A stretch of 64,000 nt of DNA from Fimicolochytrium jonesii (GCF_025526975.1 NW_026515668.1:2046001-2110000), one strand, 5' to 3'; positions 1 through 12,857 are shown, counted from the stretch's first letter. A program made the numbers and translations. The notes: generated by a model not told the origin, from the letters alone.

Positions 1-3000
1 CGCTGTTGGCCCCATCGGCCGAGGAGCTGTTGCCCTCAAAAGATGTCGCTGCTGGGACCGAAGCTGATTCGCCCGAGGATATGCAACTTACCCAAGTTCC
101 GGGCGATACCGCTTCCGGCCCTCTTTCGCTGTTGAGAGAGGAACAGCTTTTGCAGCTGCGTGACTTTCAGGAAACTCGGGAGCTACTAAAAGATATGCAG
201 AGGTGGGCTCTTGAACTCGCTTCTTGGTAGTTTTCGATCTACGAAAAGTGGACTGATGGTCTTTCTCAAGCAGCAAGCGCATGGGCCTGCAGTTTATACG
301 TGAGCAGCTTGCCGAATCTTTGCAGAGGTACTGTGCTGAGCGCATCAACGTGAAGAAATTTCTGTGCCGCATCCCAACGTCTTCTTTTTCCAGCCGTGAA
401 CTGGATGTATTGAGAACCTTAGGAAATATCACCGGCGACGGGGAGGAGGATGATCTGCGCGACATCCTGCAACATCTACAGGAGAACAGGGAGCACAGCA
501 CTGAGCAAGTCCAGAATAACTCAGGTCCTGCCTCCGCTCGAAGTCCTGGAAGTGTTTCGCCTACCGCCGGGTACCCCTTTACACCCCTGGGGACCAATCG
601 TGAGAGCATCGATGGGAGTGCATCACGCCAGCCCAAGCGACAGGAGTACGCATACACAAGGTTAGACTCCAAGCCCAGCTCCGTCCAAGCTGAAGAGCCC
701 GACTCGAGAAGCGAATCTAGTAACCAAGTCTTGGGAGATTTCTCACCCTTCGAAAGAGAGCAAGCTGTCGAACAGCTTTCTCAGACTTCACCAGTGGATG
801 ATCTGTACCTGAAGTCCGAGTTTAGCTTCATGGAGCAGCGCGAGGAGATTCAAAAGCTACAGCATCATCTGCTGATGCTTCAGGAGTATAAGAAGCTCCT
901 CGAGGCGCAAAGCCAAGCGGTTGCTCAGAACGCGGCCAGGGGTCCGACAGCAATCTTCAATTCTACAGCAGCCGCATCTGAACGCACCAAAGCAAGTACA
1001 AACCCATTCAATGGCATGTTTGGCGGGGAGACAGAAAGGCAGCAGCCACCTCGAAGGGCAGTTAACACGGAGGATCTGATCGGACGTCTCGTTGATTGTT
1101 CAGTTCGCGAACGGTTGGAGCAGGCATCCACGGATGACAAGTTCAGGGAGTCGCTGCAACTAACGGTCCGGCCCGACGAACGCGGTCAGCAACAGCGAAA
1201 CGCGTCGCAGAATGTCTCCATCGGATATCAACCCTCTGTTGTCCGCAATACCGATGGAATGCGGGCGTTTGAAAACCAAAGCCGTGAAGATGCCGACCAC
1301 ATCGAACATGGGATGGAGGATCTGCTTTCCCAGATGGAAGTGATCAAACGAGCTGCCGCATTTGCTACCGGTGAGCAGAAGCAGCAGATGATTGCCCTTC
1401 TGGACCGTCTGCAGCATCAGATGAGTGAACTGCAGGCCGTGAAGGGCAAAGTCGACTTTCTGCGACAAGCTGTTGGGGATCAGATGCAAACTGGGGCTCT
1501 GCCCGCGATGGAGTATCCACGTATTCAGGCAGGGGCAGCACCTGAAACCGCGAAGCCGCAAGAAACTCATCAGCAGCCAGCATTCGCTTCGCGCAGCCTG
1601 AGTCTTCCCGGCATTGCGTCGATCCAAACTCGCACCCGTCAACAATTCAGAGAAAGCATCACTTCGCGAAGCCCTCCCCGCAGCACGTCGCCTGCCGGAA
1701 GGCAGACCCAGCGTTTGGCAGAACGACCTCAGAAAAGCACCAAACGCTCCTACCCGACCGGAAGCACCGCACGTCCAGAACATGAGACCGCAGCATGGGT
1801 CGAGAGCGCCAAAGTGGATGAGATTGATATTCGCACGATGATTGAGAAGAGGGCTGAGCGGCATTTGTCGAAGCGGCGTCAGAGCAATACTAAGCGAAGC
1901 AGGAATCTCGTGGACCGTGATGCTAGCAGATTGCAAGGGTGCGTACCACCGTGAAGCACGTGATCCCGGCTTTGCCAATCGATCCTTCCATCGCTTTCAT
2001 GGCTGCCATCTCCTGATCCTTTCTTCTTCTAGGCTCTTTGAACAATCCAAAGACAAGCTCTACGACTCTGCAGCTGACCTTATCTCCAAACAAGGCACTG
2101 AGCCCTACTTCTTGCTCCAGCTGTTCAGAAACGCGGCGAAACTGAGCACCTCCTATGCCCGTCAGAAGCTGCTGATGTCACTGGATGAATTGGCCGAGCA
2201 ATGCATTGATAATAATGAAAAGGATTCAGACAGCGTGGCGAGCGAAGTGGACGTCAATGATGGAGACGACGGGGTTTCAAGCGGGAGCGAGGCTTCGTCA
2301 AGGTGGCGTGACAGGACATCGAACCGAGCTCCCAGTCTTGACTTTTCTCGCTCCGGTCCGCACACCGTCCTCTCGAGCTCGAAGGAACACCGAAGGAGAG
2401 ACAGGGTGGGTTCATTTTATTATATGTCAGAATCTGACGAGTCACCATCCTCACACAAATAGTTTGCAGTCAATGGCCCCATCTCCTTCACGCAATGTCG
2501 GTCAACAATCACCCGAGAAAGTGAACATGGAAGGCTCTATGCCGTCTTTGGAATGGGAGCGTCAGAATCCCGTTCCTGCAATGAGCTGGCCGTCAGGAAA
2601 GAATGGGTCAGAAGTAAATGGTCTACACCAATTGGAGGCCCTCATTCAGGTACGACATACAATATCATCACACCTTCAGTCTATAAAGATGACCGGATTC
2701 ATCTTGAATAACAGGACAAGCTTGTTCGACAAATATCCCGTATCCCTGAAATGCACTTCACACCTGCGCACCTTAAGGGCGTCAAAGTCGCCGTGCTCGA
2801 TTCTCTCAACGAGCATCCTGCGGTCCACCGTCTTGAAAACGGCGGATTGAACGAGCTTGTTGGAGGGATCTTGGACGGAAGTCTCAACAAATACGCGGGG
2901 AAGGATGTAGTTGACTTTGGTGGACTGATGATTGAGGAGATGAGAGATGTGGCTGGCTATGTCCTTGGAGTCACAGAAGAGGAAGTGGAACGCAGCGAGA

Positions 3001-3765
3001 AGCGAGTGTGGGATGGTGTACTTGACGAGTTTCGCGAGTAAGTCATGAGCGAGGACCGTGTCCACAGCTCAATCTTTTCCCGTAGTGCTGATTGATCGTG
3101 GTCGCTATCCAGATGCGTCAAGTCCGGACGATTGCCCGAAGCGGACGAGCTTAACCGCTCAACTACCTCCACCATTCACAAGTCATCCGGACAAGTAAAC
3201 ACCGAAGCCTACCCAGGCTACCACAACGGCAAAGACTGTCCGGGCGACTGCGACTGGGACCACGACGCCTTGGATGACCTCGTGAGCCGGCTCGGCCCCA
3301 AACATGAGTGGGGCGCCATGATGGAGGCGATTGCGCGCACCCGCGTGGATTGGGAAACGGCGGATGTTGACAGCGAGGATGAGAGGCAGGATGATGAGGA
3401 TTATGCGAGGGCTGTGGAGCGGGCGATTGGGAAGAATGTGGATGAGGCTGTGAGCAACAGTGACGAGAAGTATAACGGGGCGGGTGGACATGATGATGCT
3501 TTGGACGAACAGGCGATGGAGCAGCAGGGTCTGGGTCTAGGTACGTGGTTTTTGCCGGCGCGCCTTCTCTGATAACATACTCATTCGGACACCTCACCCC
3601 TTGGTAGACGCGGAGACATTGATACCGAGCGAATCGTCCCCTAGCCTTCCGGCAGGCAGCGTGTCATCGTCAGACAGTAGTGTTGAGGACGAAACCGAGA
3701 ACAACACTGCGTTCGGGGACGACGACGAGGGTTCAATCACCCCGACCGCTACGTCCGCCGCCTAG
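1..3765 (+). CDS. PCM1: PCM1-like (pericentriolar material 1) coiled-coil protein, 5' truncated by window, multi-exon
   Basis: Long coiled-coil ORF 281-1954 is spliced (GT 1939/AG 2032) to LFEQSKDKLYDSAADLISKQGTEPYFLLQLFRNAAKLSTSYARQKLLMSLDEL. A later exon has GGILDGSLNKYAGKDVVDFGGLMIEEM. Both resemble the PCM1 C-terminal domain blocks as recalled (FEALRDTIYSEVATLISQNESRPHFLIELF...; GSILQDSLAKFAGRKLKDCGEDLLVEI). Acidic last exon ends TAG at 3763-3765. Confidence 0.7.
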
Positions 3766-4030
3766 AATGCCTCAAGTACTGACAGTATCTGGGATGGGAT
3801 TGACGTCGTGAACTGGACAGACAATCCGTTCCACTCGTGTTTGTCTTTCTGTAGTTGCTTGTTTGAGTAATTCTGTACAGGAAATGTTTGGGAGATGTAT
3901 GATTTTCATATAAATAATAAGATTGCCGTTCTTCCCTCTGTAGTACTGTATAAGGACACATTTACAGTGTTTCATGCCAGCTGCTATCGTACCATGGGAT
4001 CGAGCTGGCATGCTCATGATGTTCGCTACG

Positions 4031-4088
4031 CACCCTCAGCGCCCCTCTTTCCGCTCCCAGGAGGGAGCGATATCACAGCCATAGAGCA
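4031..4088. repeat. ~60-bp dispersed hairpin-containing repeat, copy 1
   Basis: CACCCTCAGCGCCCCTCTTTCCGCTCCCAGGAGGGAGCGATATCACAGCCATAGAGCA; identical to 16110-16172 apart from a 5-nt insertion there. Confidence 0.9.
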
Positions 4089-4111
4089 ATAATGGGCAAT
4101 AATACAGGAAT

Positions 4112-4129
4112 ACGCGTCCAGATACGCGT
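4112..4129. promoter_or_regulatory. Tandem MCB-like (ACGCGT) boxes upstream of BUB2
   Basis: ACGCGT at 4112-4117 and 4124-4129, about 200 nt upstream of the predicted ATG of a cell-cycle gene. Confidence 0.4.
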
Positions 4130-4333
4130 CGCCGACTTGCTCTCACTTCCCACCTTCAACTTGCCCCCCTTGAACCCCCCTACACGACAGACAATGCTTG
4201 CTTGCCCGCCGGCTGAGCGCTGCGGAAAGACAGACTTCCTTGCGAAACACAGAACGACAGACAACAGAAGTGCCAAATCCAGCTTCCCTTGGGAACGTAC
4301 AGTATAAGGTGCAGCAGGCAAAGGGACGCCGGG

Positions 4334-6093
4334 ATGCTGTCGCAAACTTCCTCCCCACAGCGCAAATCAGCATGGACCCGTATATCCTCAAGACGCAGTG
4401 GTGCTGCTGCTGGGAAAACCCCCGCTACCCCAACCACCCCAACAACCACCACGACAACAACCGTAGCCTTCGGAACCACAGTAACCTCCCCAAGCCGCCC
4501 ACCCACCGGCCGTCCCTCCACCACAACCCCATCCTCCCGCGAAGGCCGCTCAAGCACCCCTCACCACCACCACACTCCCACTCCCACGACCACCACCTCC
4601 TCCTTACATGCCCACTCCACCCGCGCAAAATACGAACACCTCCTCGCAACCCGCAACACAACAGACGCAGACCTCCGTGACAACCTCCGTAAACTCCGCC
4701 GCCTAATCCTCTCTGATGGTCTGCCGAGTGACGCGTCAGATGCGCCCAACTCCGTGCTTGATTGTTCGCTTCGTGGGAGGGTCTGGAAGGTCTTGCTTGG
4801 GATCTATCGACTATCTGCGACGGAGTATACAAGTTTGGTGGAAAGAGGGCCTGCGTCAAGCGTGGTTTATGAAAAGATCAAGAATGACACGTTTAGGACC
4901 TTGGCGACGGATAAGAGGTTTCTCGCGAAAGTGGATGAACATATGATTTCGAGGGTGCTCAATGCGTTTGTCAATAAGATGATGGGTAGGTGGGCGTCCG
5001 AGGGGAGCGATGAGGGGAGCGAGGGGAGCGACGAGCGAAGCGAGCGATGGTGGTTGTCTGCGGCGGGAAAAAGGAAGTGCGGCCGCGAGCGACAAAGGCG
5101 CGAGGCTCTCCTAGTCATGGCTCTTAGCGAGCCTCAGCGAGCGTCAGATCTTTGCGAGCGAAGCGAGCTTAGCCACCAGAGCCCAACCTCCTCGTCGCCC
5201 AATCAATCATCCATCCTTCCATCCCAACCAACCAACCTTCGCTTCGCTCATCCAACCACCGGATCGCTTCGCTAACAAATTATGCACTTCCTCTTAATCA
5301 TCACAGACGTCCCACCATCACGCCTGCTGAACCTGACCTACACCTACGTGCAAGGCATGAACGTGCTCGCCGCGCCGTTCCTATACGTCATGCCTGAACT
5401 CGACGCGTTCTACACATTCACCGCCTTTGTGCAGAACGCGTGCCCGCTGTACGTCCAGCCGGCGCTTGAGGGCGTGCACTGTGGTTTGCGCGTAAGTCTA
5501 GAGTTCTCGTAACTTATGCCGTCCATCGCGACGGAACTCAAAGATTTGCTGTTGTATCTACAGCTCCTCGACAAATGCTTCCAAGTCTGCGACCCCATCC
5601 TTTACCGCTACCTCAAATCCAAAAAACTCACCGCAAAGCTCTACGCCTTCCCCTGTAAGCCCCTTCCCGCCGTTTCCCACTCCTCACTTTCCCACCACTA
5701 ACCCCCCTCCCCCCCCCCCCCCTCTCATCCACAGCAGTCTTAACCTTCTCCGCTTGCACCCCACCCCTCCCCCCCGTCCTCCACCTCTGGGACTTCCTCC
5801 TTGCGCACGGCCCACACCTCAACCTCCTCTGCATCATCGCCCAGCTCCTCCTCATCCGATCCGAGTTACTGGCCTCACCGCAGCCGATGAAACTTTTGAG
5901 GACGTTTCCGGAGATTGATGCGAAGCGGGTTGTGCAAGTTACGGTGGGGCTGGTGGCGAGGTTGCCCGAGGATTTGTATGATATGCTGGTGAGGCATCCG
6001 TTCGATGCGGGCATTTATGATGTTGTTATGGGGGAGGTGGGGGAGGACGGGGGGGAGGCGGGTGAGGGGGGAATGGAGTGGGCGGAGGCGTGA
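4334..6093 (+). CDS. BUB2: Bub2/Cdc16 TBC-domain GAP (mitotic exit/septation checkpoint)
   Basis: LRKLRRLILSDG...LRGRVWKVLLG...IKNDTFRTLATD...YVQGMNVLAAPF...CPLYVQPALEGVH...LWDFLLAHGPHLN; intron 1 is 4986-5306, with further short introns. Confidence 0.9.
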
Positions 6094-6332
6094 TGGATGG
6101 GGTGTACGATAGGAGTTGACGGATGCCAGTGGCACATGAGCGTTTATCGTATACATTCTATGTACATGGAGAGATATCTTCGAATGCGAACTAAATTTCG
6201 ACCTATGTACCATGTCGAATGTACATTAACAACTGTGCGATTGTCGCTTGATGCCTACATATATGCTACGAACTTCTTTCTCCCAAAGGCCGTTCTCAGT
6301 CACTGACCTGCGCAATCCGATTTACGTGCGTA

Positions 6333-6534
6333 CAGTAGGCTGCCAGATATCAGGTTACGACGCCCCAAGGACACATCATTCCGAGCATAGCCACCGGCTC
6401 AAGTTGCCGACCCCCATGCAAATCCTTGAGCACGACCGCTAGCCCAGGGCAGGACTGACAGCTGGCCGGTGACTTCTGGGGTTGCACAGGGAGGCTCAAC
6501 AACCCGTCGTAACCTGATATCTGGCAGCCTACTG
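6333..6534. mobile_element. MITE, Tc1/mariner-pogo type (202 bp)
   Basis: Perfect 30-bp terminal inverted repeats CAGTAGGCTGCCAGATATCAGGTTACGACG (6333-6362 and 6505-6534), flanked by TA on both sides (6331-6332, 6535-6536); no transposase. Confidence 0.88.
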
Positions 6535-6958
6535 TACAGTCATCGGACATTAAGCTGTGCACCCCCTCTAATTGAAATCAATATCGATTACTCACGTGAT
6601 TTGGCGTTCCCGCAGTCGCTGATTTATTTCAGGGGGATGCACAGCTTTTTGTCCGTTGACTGTAGTGGTCGAGTAAAACGCGACGAGAAATGGTACCTCC
6701 GACAGGATGTTTCCGCCAAAACCAGAGGCGTGTTGACGACTCGGAGACGCGGGGTTCAAAAAGTCTGCGTCTCATACTTTCGGGGCTCACAACACCAAGA
6801 CCAATCGAGAACACAGGGTGGACTGGTTGTACGGTCTGTTTGGGCCTGCATTGATCTAGTTAAACGACGTCAGGAGTCGCCGAACAACGCTGAGAACCTT
6901 GTCCCGTGAAGCACGAGACTTGAGAGGAATTGTTCAATAACTAATTTGGAGAGAAGGG

Positions 6959-8988
6959 ATGTCGGCAGAACCAAGCCCAGGGAGGGTCGGTGACACATCC
7001 GATCAGTCCTTCGACGCGCAAGCGGCGTCGTCGGTCTCGCCTGCCAACGATGTGACGGTGAGACCTCGCCCGCTCCGCACGAGCACAACGCCTCGACGAC
7101 GTTCAACATGTGTGCTTGTCAGCACACCAGAAGATTTCGACGACTCTGTCGAAGAAGTGGCGACATTTGGGGGCCGCGATAAGCAAACGTCACGGAAAGG
7201 TGGACAACATGCGTTTGACGCCACATTCGGTAGCTGGTCATCGGCGCTGGATGCCGGAACAGATACCCCTTCGAACATATTGAGAGCCGGCCAGTCTGCC
7301 GTGGACATGGGAAATCCGGGCGATGGGAGAGCGTCGCCGCAGATAACAAACGGTCGGGTTCGATCTGCACAGAGGTCTGAAACACCACAAAGTGGGTACA
7401 CACCTTCGGAAGTGTCTGCCATAGGCGAGGAGGTAGATCCACCAGAGATCATCGAGGACGATGTCAATGTGACCGAGAGAACTCCGCTTCTTTCTGGAGG
7501 AGATTCGCCGATCGCACCGGCCGCCACACCACATTCGAAAAACATGCACACTGTGTTGAACAGCGTGAATCTGTTAAGCGGGGTGGGAATGCTATCACTT
7601 CCGTACGCAATGTCATTATGCGGATGGGTGGTAGGAATATCGCTTCTCCTCTTCTTCCCAATCCTCGCGTCAACAACGGCGAAACTGCTGATTCAATGCA
7701 TGGAGGTCCGGACCACGACTCTACCCGGCCCAGCAGGCGGCGCCGCGTCATACACACCCAAGAAATCCATGTCCTACGGAGATGCAGCTGAAACCGCGTT
7801 CGGGCCGCGGGCAAGACGATTTATCGATGTCGTTTATCAGCTTGAGCTGATGGCAGCTTGCGTTGCGTTTGTGATCCTCGCTTCGGATTCCGTTCATGCT
7901 TTATACCCCGATATACCATTGCTCGCCGTCAAAGTAGCTGTAGCGGCCGTCGTTCTCCTCACGACGTTCATCAAATCCGTTAAAGTACTCAGCTACGGGA
8001 GCGCCATAGGCATCCTCTGCACCATCAACCTCCTTATTATCATTCTGTTTGACGGAACCTCGACGTACGAAACCCCAGGGAGTCTATGGAATCCCGCGCA
8101 AACGGAAATGTGGCCGCGGAGCTGGAACAGAGTCGCGTTGGCAATCGGGATGATGTTTGTCGGGTTCGATGGCCATGCCGTATTTCCGGCGATCTATCGG
8201 GACATGAGGACACCCGAGAGCTTTGCCAAGTGTATCAACCTTACCTACGTCGTTGTCACCGTGCTGTATCTGACTGTGGCGGTCGCTGGGTACTTGATGT
8301 TTGGGAACTCCATTCTACCGGAGGTGAGCACCACTTGGGCCGAGCGCGTTATGGAGCATTTGACTGATATCATCCTGTCCCGCAATAGATCACACAAAAC
8401 CTTCCTCTGATCCCAGGCTACAATCCGGCAAGCACGAACTGGACGATCTACCTGATCGCTTTGAACCCAATCGCCAAATATGCTCTATGTCTCCGCCCAG
8501 TCCACACATCCTTGGAAATTCGCCTCGCATCCAAGAAGCACGCTTCAACTATTGACGAAGAGGAAGTCATCCCACCATCCCCACCACCGCCGTACTCAGA
8601 ATCCGTCACCCCGGCGGTCTCGTCTCCACCAACGCCGCCCTTCCTCCCTCGCACACAACCTCCATACCGTCCCCCTCAACCACCAGTTTCGCCACATACA
8701 TCTACGACCGCGTCGTATTTCCACGCAATCCTGATCCGCTCATCCCTTACGCTGATCATTCTCGCCATCGCGATCCTCTTCCCGCACTTCCACGACGTCA
8801 TGGCTACCTTGGGATCCCTCTTCTCGGGCTTTGTCGCCGTGATGTTTCCGTGTGCTGCTTTCGGGAAGTTGTATTGGAGAGATAGGGAGTTGCATAGAGG
8901 GATAAGAGTCACGGTTGTGGCTGGCTTGACGGTGGGTGTGATTATCATTGTGGGTGGGCTTTCAGGTGTGGTGTGGGGACCTGGTTAG
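6959..8988 (+). CDS. AVT1: Vacuolar amino acid transporter (Aa_trans/AVT1 family)
   Basis: TERTPLL acidic dileucine motif, TVLNSVNLLSGVGMLSLPYA, SYGDAAETAFG, GHAVFPAIYRDM, NPIAKYAL; intron 8324-8388. Confidence 0.88.
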
Positions 8989-10356
8989 GAGGTTCTCGTG
9001 TGGGAATACCTGTGTTCGTAAATAGTCACTAGCATCCGAGTTTTTATAGGAAGCGTTGGTTATGCTGTGTATTTTTCTTCGTGCTCACGAATCCATGTGT
9101 ATAATGTCGGCGCATGGAGACTGGTTTAACAGTAGCTTGACTGGTCAATGTATATGGTAGCACGTTGAGAAGATACTTGTTCCGAGACGGAGGCAAAAAT
9201 CGGACTCGAACCAGCGCAGGGACAATGCTGGTGCAAGACCATTTTTTCTGATGACATTCATGAGGGAAGTGAACTCCGCACATTCCCTTTTCATCTCTAT
9301 TGAGACGCATGGTATTTCATGTCATTCACATCATGGCGTAATCAGGACTGAAGTCAGAGTTGCACAAGGCTTGTGGTTTCTTCCTTTAGAGGGTCTTAAG
9401 CTCTTCAGAAACACGGACCAATGTGTATCATCACTCCCCAGCCTTGCCAAACAATAACCATCGTGCGAAGGACCATCAGATGCCAAGAGACGTTGCGAAG
9501 TCCAGCAGTGTACCCGAAGAGGGTGTAATGTGGGATTGACGACAGCTCCAGCATCTGAATCGCATCTGGAAGCGATGGTTACCGTCCGGATGCTGCTATC
9601 GAGGATGGTGCAGCAACCCTATAGTCGTTCACACGGAATATCGCCTATAAAAAAACAGACTTGGTCAGCCACATGGACTTAATAAAGGGAGTATCTCAAT
9701 GTATGGTCCAGTCCAGGCCATCAGTGAATTGTAGTTTATAAGAGCCAACACGAATGTTCTGGGAATCAAGTATCCTCATAGGCGGGGTAGATTGCATCGC
9801 ACATGGGTAGGTTGATGAAAACTTACCATCTTCCTCAGCGAGCCGTTGAGATACTTTCCGACATAGTGGTGACAGTTTCGAAACACGGAACACCTTCGAG
9901 TTGAAGAGAGAGAAAGAGTGAGCTTCATTGATGAGATGAAAAAAAGACAAGGGCAAGTAGGCACAAGCTAGGAACTTCTCAACGATCTTGGTGTAAAGGT
10001 GTGTCCACATCCCCTCCGAAAAGAGTCGGGATTCGAGAATGTTTCTCATCATCGAAGTTCCCAGCCTACGCCCTTGTTTATCTTCAGACACTTGCTGATA
10101 CATACCTTGAGACAGCGTTGTCCACTCCGACTCACTCCCTGCTGCGGATTGGGTTGGGAGCACACAGTCGGGTATGGAAGGCACCTGCTTTTATACCCTG
10201 AGGAGTTGCAGAAAAACGCTCGACGATCACGTGACCGTGGCTCTCGCGTTCCTTCGCCTTTTCCCTTGCTTTTGCTTCCCTCTTGTTCACAGCATTTGAC
10301 ATTTTGGACTCGGAACTTCAGCACACACCAACTTCGGCCGCAGACCGTCCTCCACA

Positions 10357-12092
10357 ATGATATCTTCACTCCTCTGGGTGCGCAAAGGCGCTGCTCAAGA
10401 AAAGCCCGACAAGTTCAAGCTGACCGAGGAGGAGTTCTCTAAAGTCGCCGAAAAAATCGGTGCCCGTCTCGACGACGCCCGTGAGGACTTGCAGGTTGCC
10501 GGAAAAGGCAGCGATAACGACGATGAAGACGAAATGGCCGTAGACGAGCCCACCGATGCCGAAAAAGCTGCGGCGGCCAACGGCGAGGATGACGAGCTTG
10601 CTGAGTACAATCTTGACAACTACGACGACGACTCGGAGGAGGAGAAGGAGGCCGACGGGTTGGAGTCTGTCAATATCCCTCTGTTCAGCAAGATCCAAGG
10701 GTTGACCTTCCACGGCTCGAATGAGGAGGACCCATACGTGTCTGTGCAGGACGATGTGGATGAGGAGGAGGAGATGAACGAAATGACGATTCTTCCAGGC
10801 GACAACTTGCTGCTGGCAGCAAAGACCGAAGACGATATCTCGCATTTGGAGGTGTATGTCTACGAAGAGGTGGAGGACAACCTGTATGTGCATCACGACA
10901 TCATGCTGCCGAGCTTTCCGCTGTGTTTGGAGTGGATGGATTTCAGGGTGGGGTCCAAGAAGGATTTGGGGACGCCGGGGAACTACGTTGCTATCGGTAC
11001 CTTCGATCCAGAGGTGGAGATTTGGGATTTGGATACCGTAGATGCGGTCTACCCAGAATGTGTTCTCGGTGAGAGCAGCTCGGCGTCGCAGTCTTTATCA
11101 TCGGGAGACGGAGGCAAGAAGAAGAAGAAGAAGTTTGGGCCAGGACGGACAGCCAAATCCGCGAACCCGTACACCCACGTCGATGCCGTCATGGCCATCT
11201 CGTGGAACAGCAAAGCACGTAACCTGATCGCCACCGGATCTGCAGACACCACCGTAAAGCTGTGGGACCTCGGCGGTTCATCAACCGCCAAGGCCGTCCG
11301 CTCCTTCTCTCAACATAAAGACAAGGTCCAAGCCGTCGCATGGAACCCCGCGGAACCCACCGTGCTCCTAACAGGAGGATATGACAAGCGCTGCTGTGCG
11401 TTCGATTCCCGCGCGCCCAACGCCGTCACGGAGTTCAAGCTGCGTGCGGATGTCGAGTGCGTCAAATGGGACCCCTGGCACTCGGAGAGGTTTTTCGTAA
11501 GCACCGAAGACGGGTTGGTGCAGTGCTTCGATGCGAGGAATAATGCCTCGCAGGCTGTGTTCACCCTGCATGCGCACGATGCCGCTGTGTCTGCAATGGA
11601 CATTTCGTCGCAAGTGGAGGGTCTGTTGGTCACGGGTTCGACGGATAAGATGGTCAAAGTGTGGAATATCAAGGAGTCGAGGCCAAGCTGTCTGGTGTCC
11701 AGGGATTTGGATCTGGTAAGCGTCGCCTGTTTGTCTTTTGCATTCGCTTATTTCCGAGAGAAGCTAACACTTTTCCCTATGATCATAAGGGCCGCGTTTT
11801 CGCAACAACATTCTCCCCGGACGCCCCATACACCATCGCCGCAGCCGGCAGCAAAGGCAAAGTTCTTGTATGGAATCTCGAAAACAACGCCGGCGTTCGT
11901 CGTGCCTTCAACGCAAAGCGATCAGACGCGGAGGCAGAGGTCGCCGCGCCACCGAGAAAAGAGATCACGGGTGTAGAGTCGGACGGGGAGGGCGAGGAGG
12001 ATGAGGACGAGGAGGAGGGTGTGCCGATGGAGGGCGGGGAGGGGATGGAGGTCGATGATGACGAGGAGGAGAGCGATGAGGATCACGTTTGA
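10357..12092 (+). CDS. PWP1: Periodic tryptophan protein 1 (WD40, ribosome biogenesis)
   Basis: MISSLLWVRKG, ELAEYNLDNYDD, NLYVHHDIMLPSFPLCLEW, GTFDPEVEIWDLD, WD repeats; one intron at about 11716-11789. Confidence 0.93.
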
Positions 12093-12857
12093 GGCTTTCG
12101 GCGGTCAATATGCGTAGAACCCACGTAGTTTAGTGATCAATAGGCGTAGGGTCGCGAGCATGTGTTAGCCGTCGTCCTTGAGTAGGACTCATTTTGTATT
12201 TATTCCACATTGTATAGAGGTCAGCAGTTTTTATCGTGAAGTATATCTAAGAGGCACGGAATCAGGTGTAATCGTGTTCTCTAGTTTTTGTCCATTCGCA
12301 TGAACGAAACCTAGAAACCCGAAACTTCCTTTGGACGTTTACAGCAAGAAGCATCCTGCATCTCGCACACAACGACTGGCGGCGGCGCCGTTGACTCGCA
12401 AGAGGTTCATGCGCTCTCCTCGAGTCCGCTTGAGAGCGATACAAGCCCAGCTCGACGGAATCACCGTCCTCCCGAAAGCTCTGCGCCCACGGGCCAGGAG
12501 TATTCAGAGTATCGCGCTCGTATGTTGCACGCTCGCCCGTGCCCGAAAGTTATCGCCGGTAGGGTGTGTTCATCCGTCGTTGGGGCAGGAGGATGATGGC
12601 CGAAGAGTGAATCACAATACGGGGGAGGGCGCCGGCAATAATACTAAGCCATCCTCAACGCAGCCTTCCTATGTGGATTACGCGAGCGTTGGAGCACGTG
12701 CTGCGGCTAAGCAGCACGAAGGAACAATGACTCGGGTTGCACCGTATAATGGTTGGAGCGATTTCGCATACAGCCGAATGCCTTTCACATCGGTCAGATA
12801 CCATTATCAAGAGTACTTCACGGCGGTAATGTGATTTCGCAGCATGACACCGAAAGC

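Noticed and set aside
9181..9340. Minus-strand GGTTCGAGTCC (T-loop/B-box-like), GATTTTTG (Sm-site-like) and an ATGAC...GTCAT hairpin suggesting a tRNA, snRNA or SECIS
   Set aside because: No cloverleaf, no recognisable U1/U2/U4/U5 5' sequence and no adjacent in-frame-UGA selenoprotein; needs tRNAscan/Rfam/SECISearch.
9330..10184. Possible minus-strand gene (ORF 9696-10184; FNSKVFRVSKLSPL faintly CENP-L-like) with splice-like signals
   Set aside because: Could not assemble a coherent spliced frame or a convincing family match.
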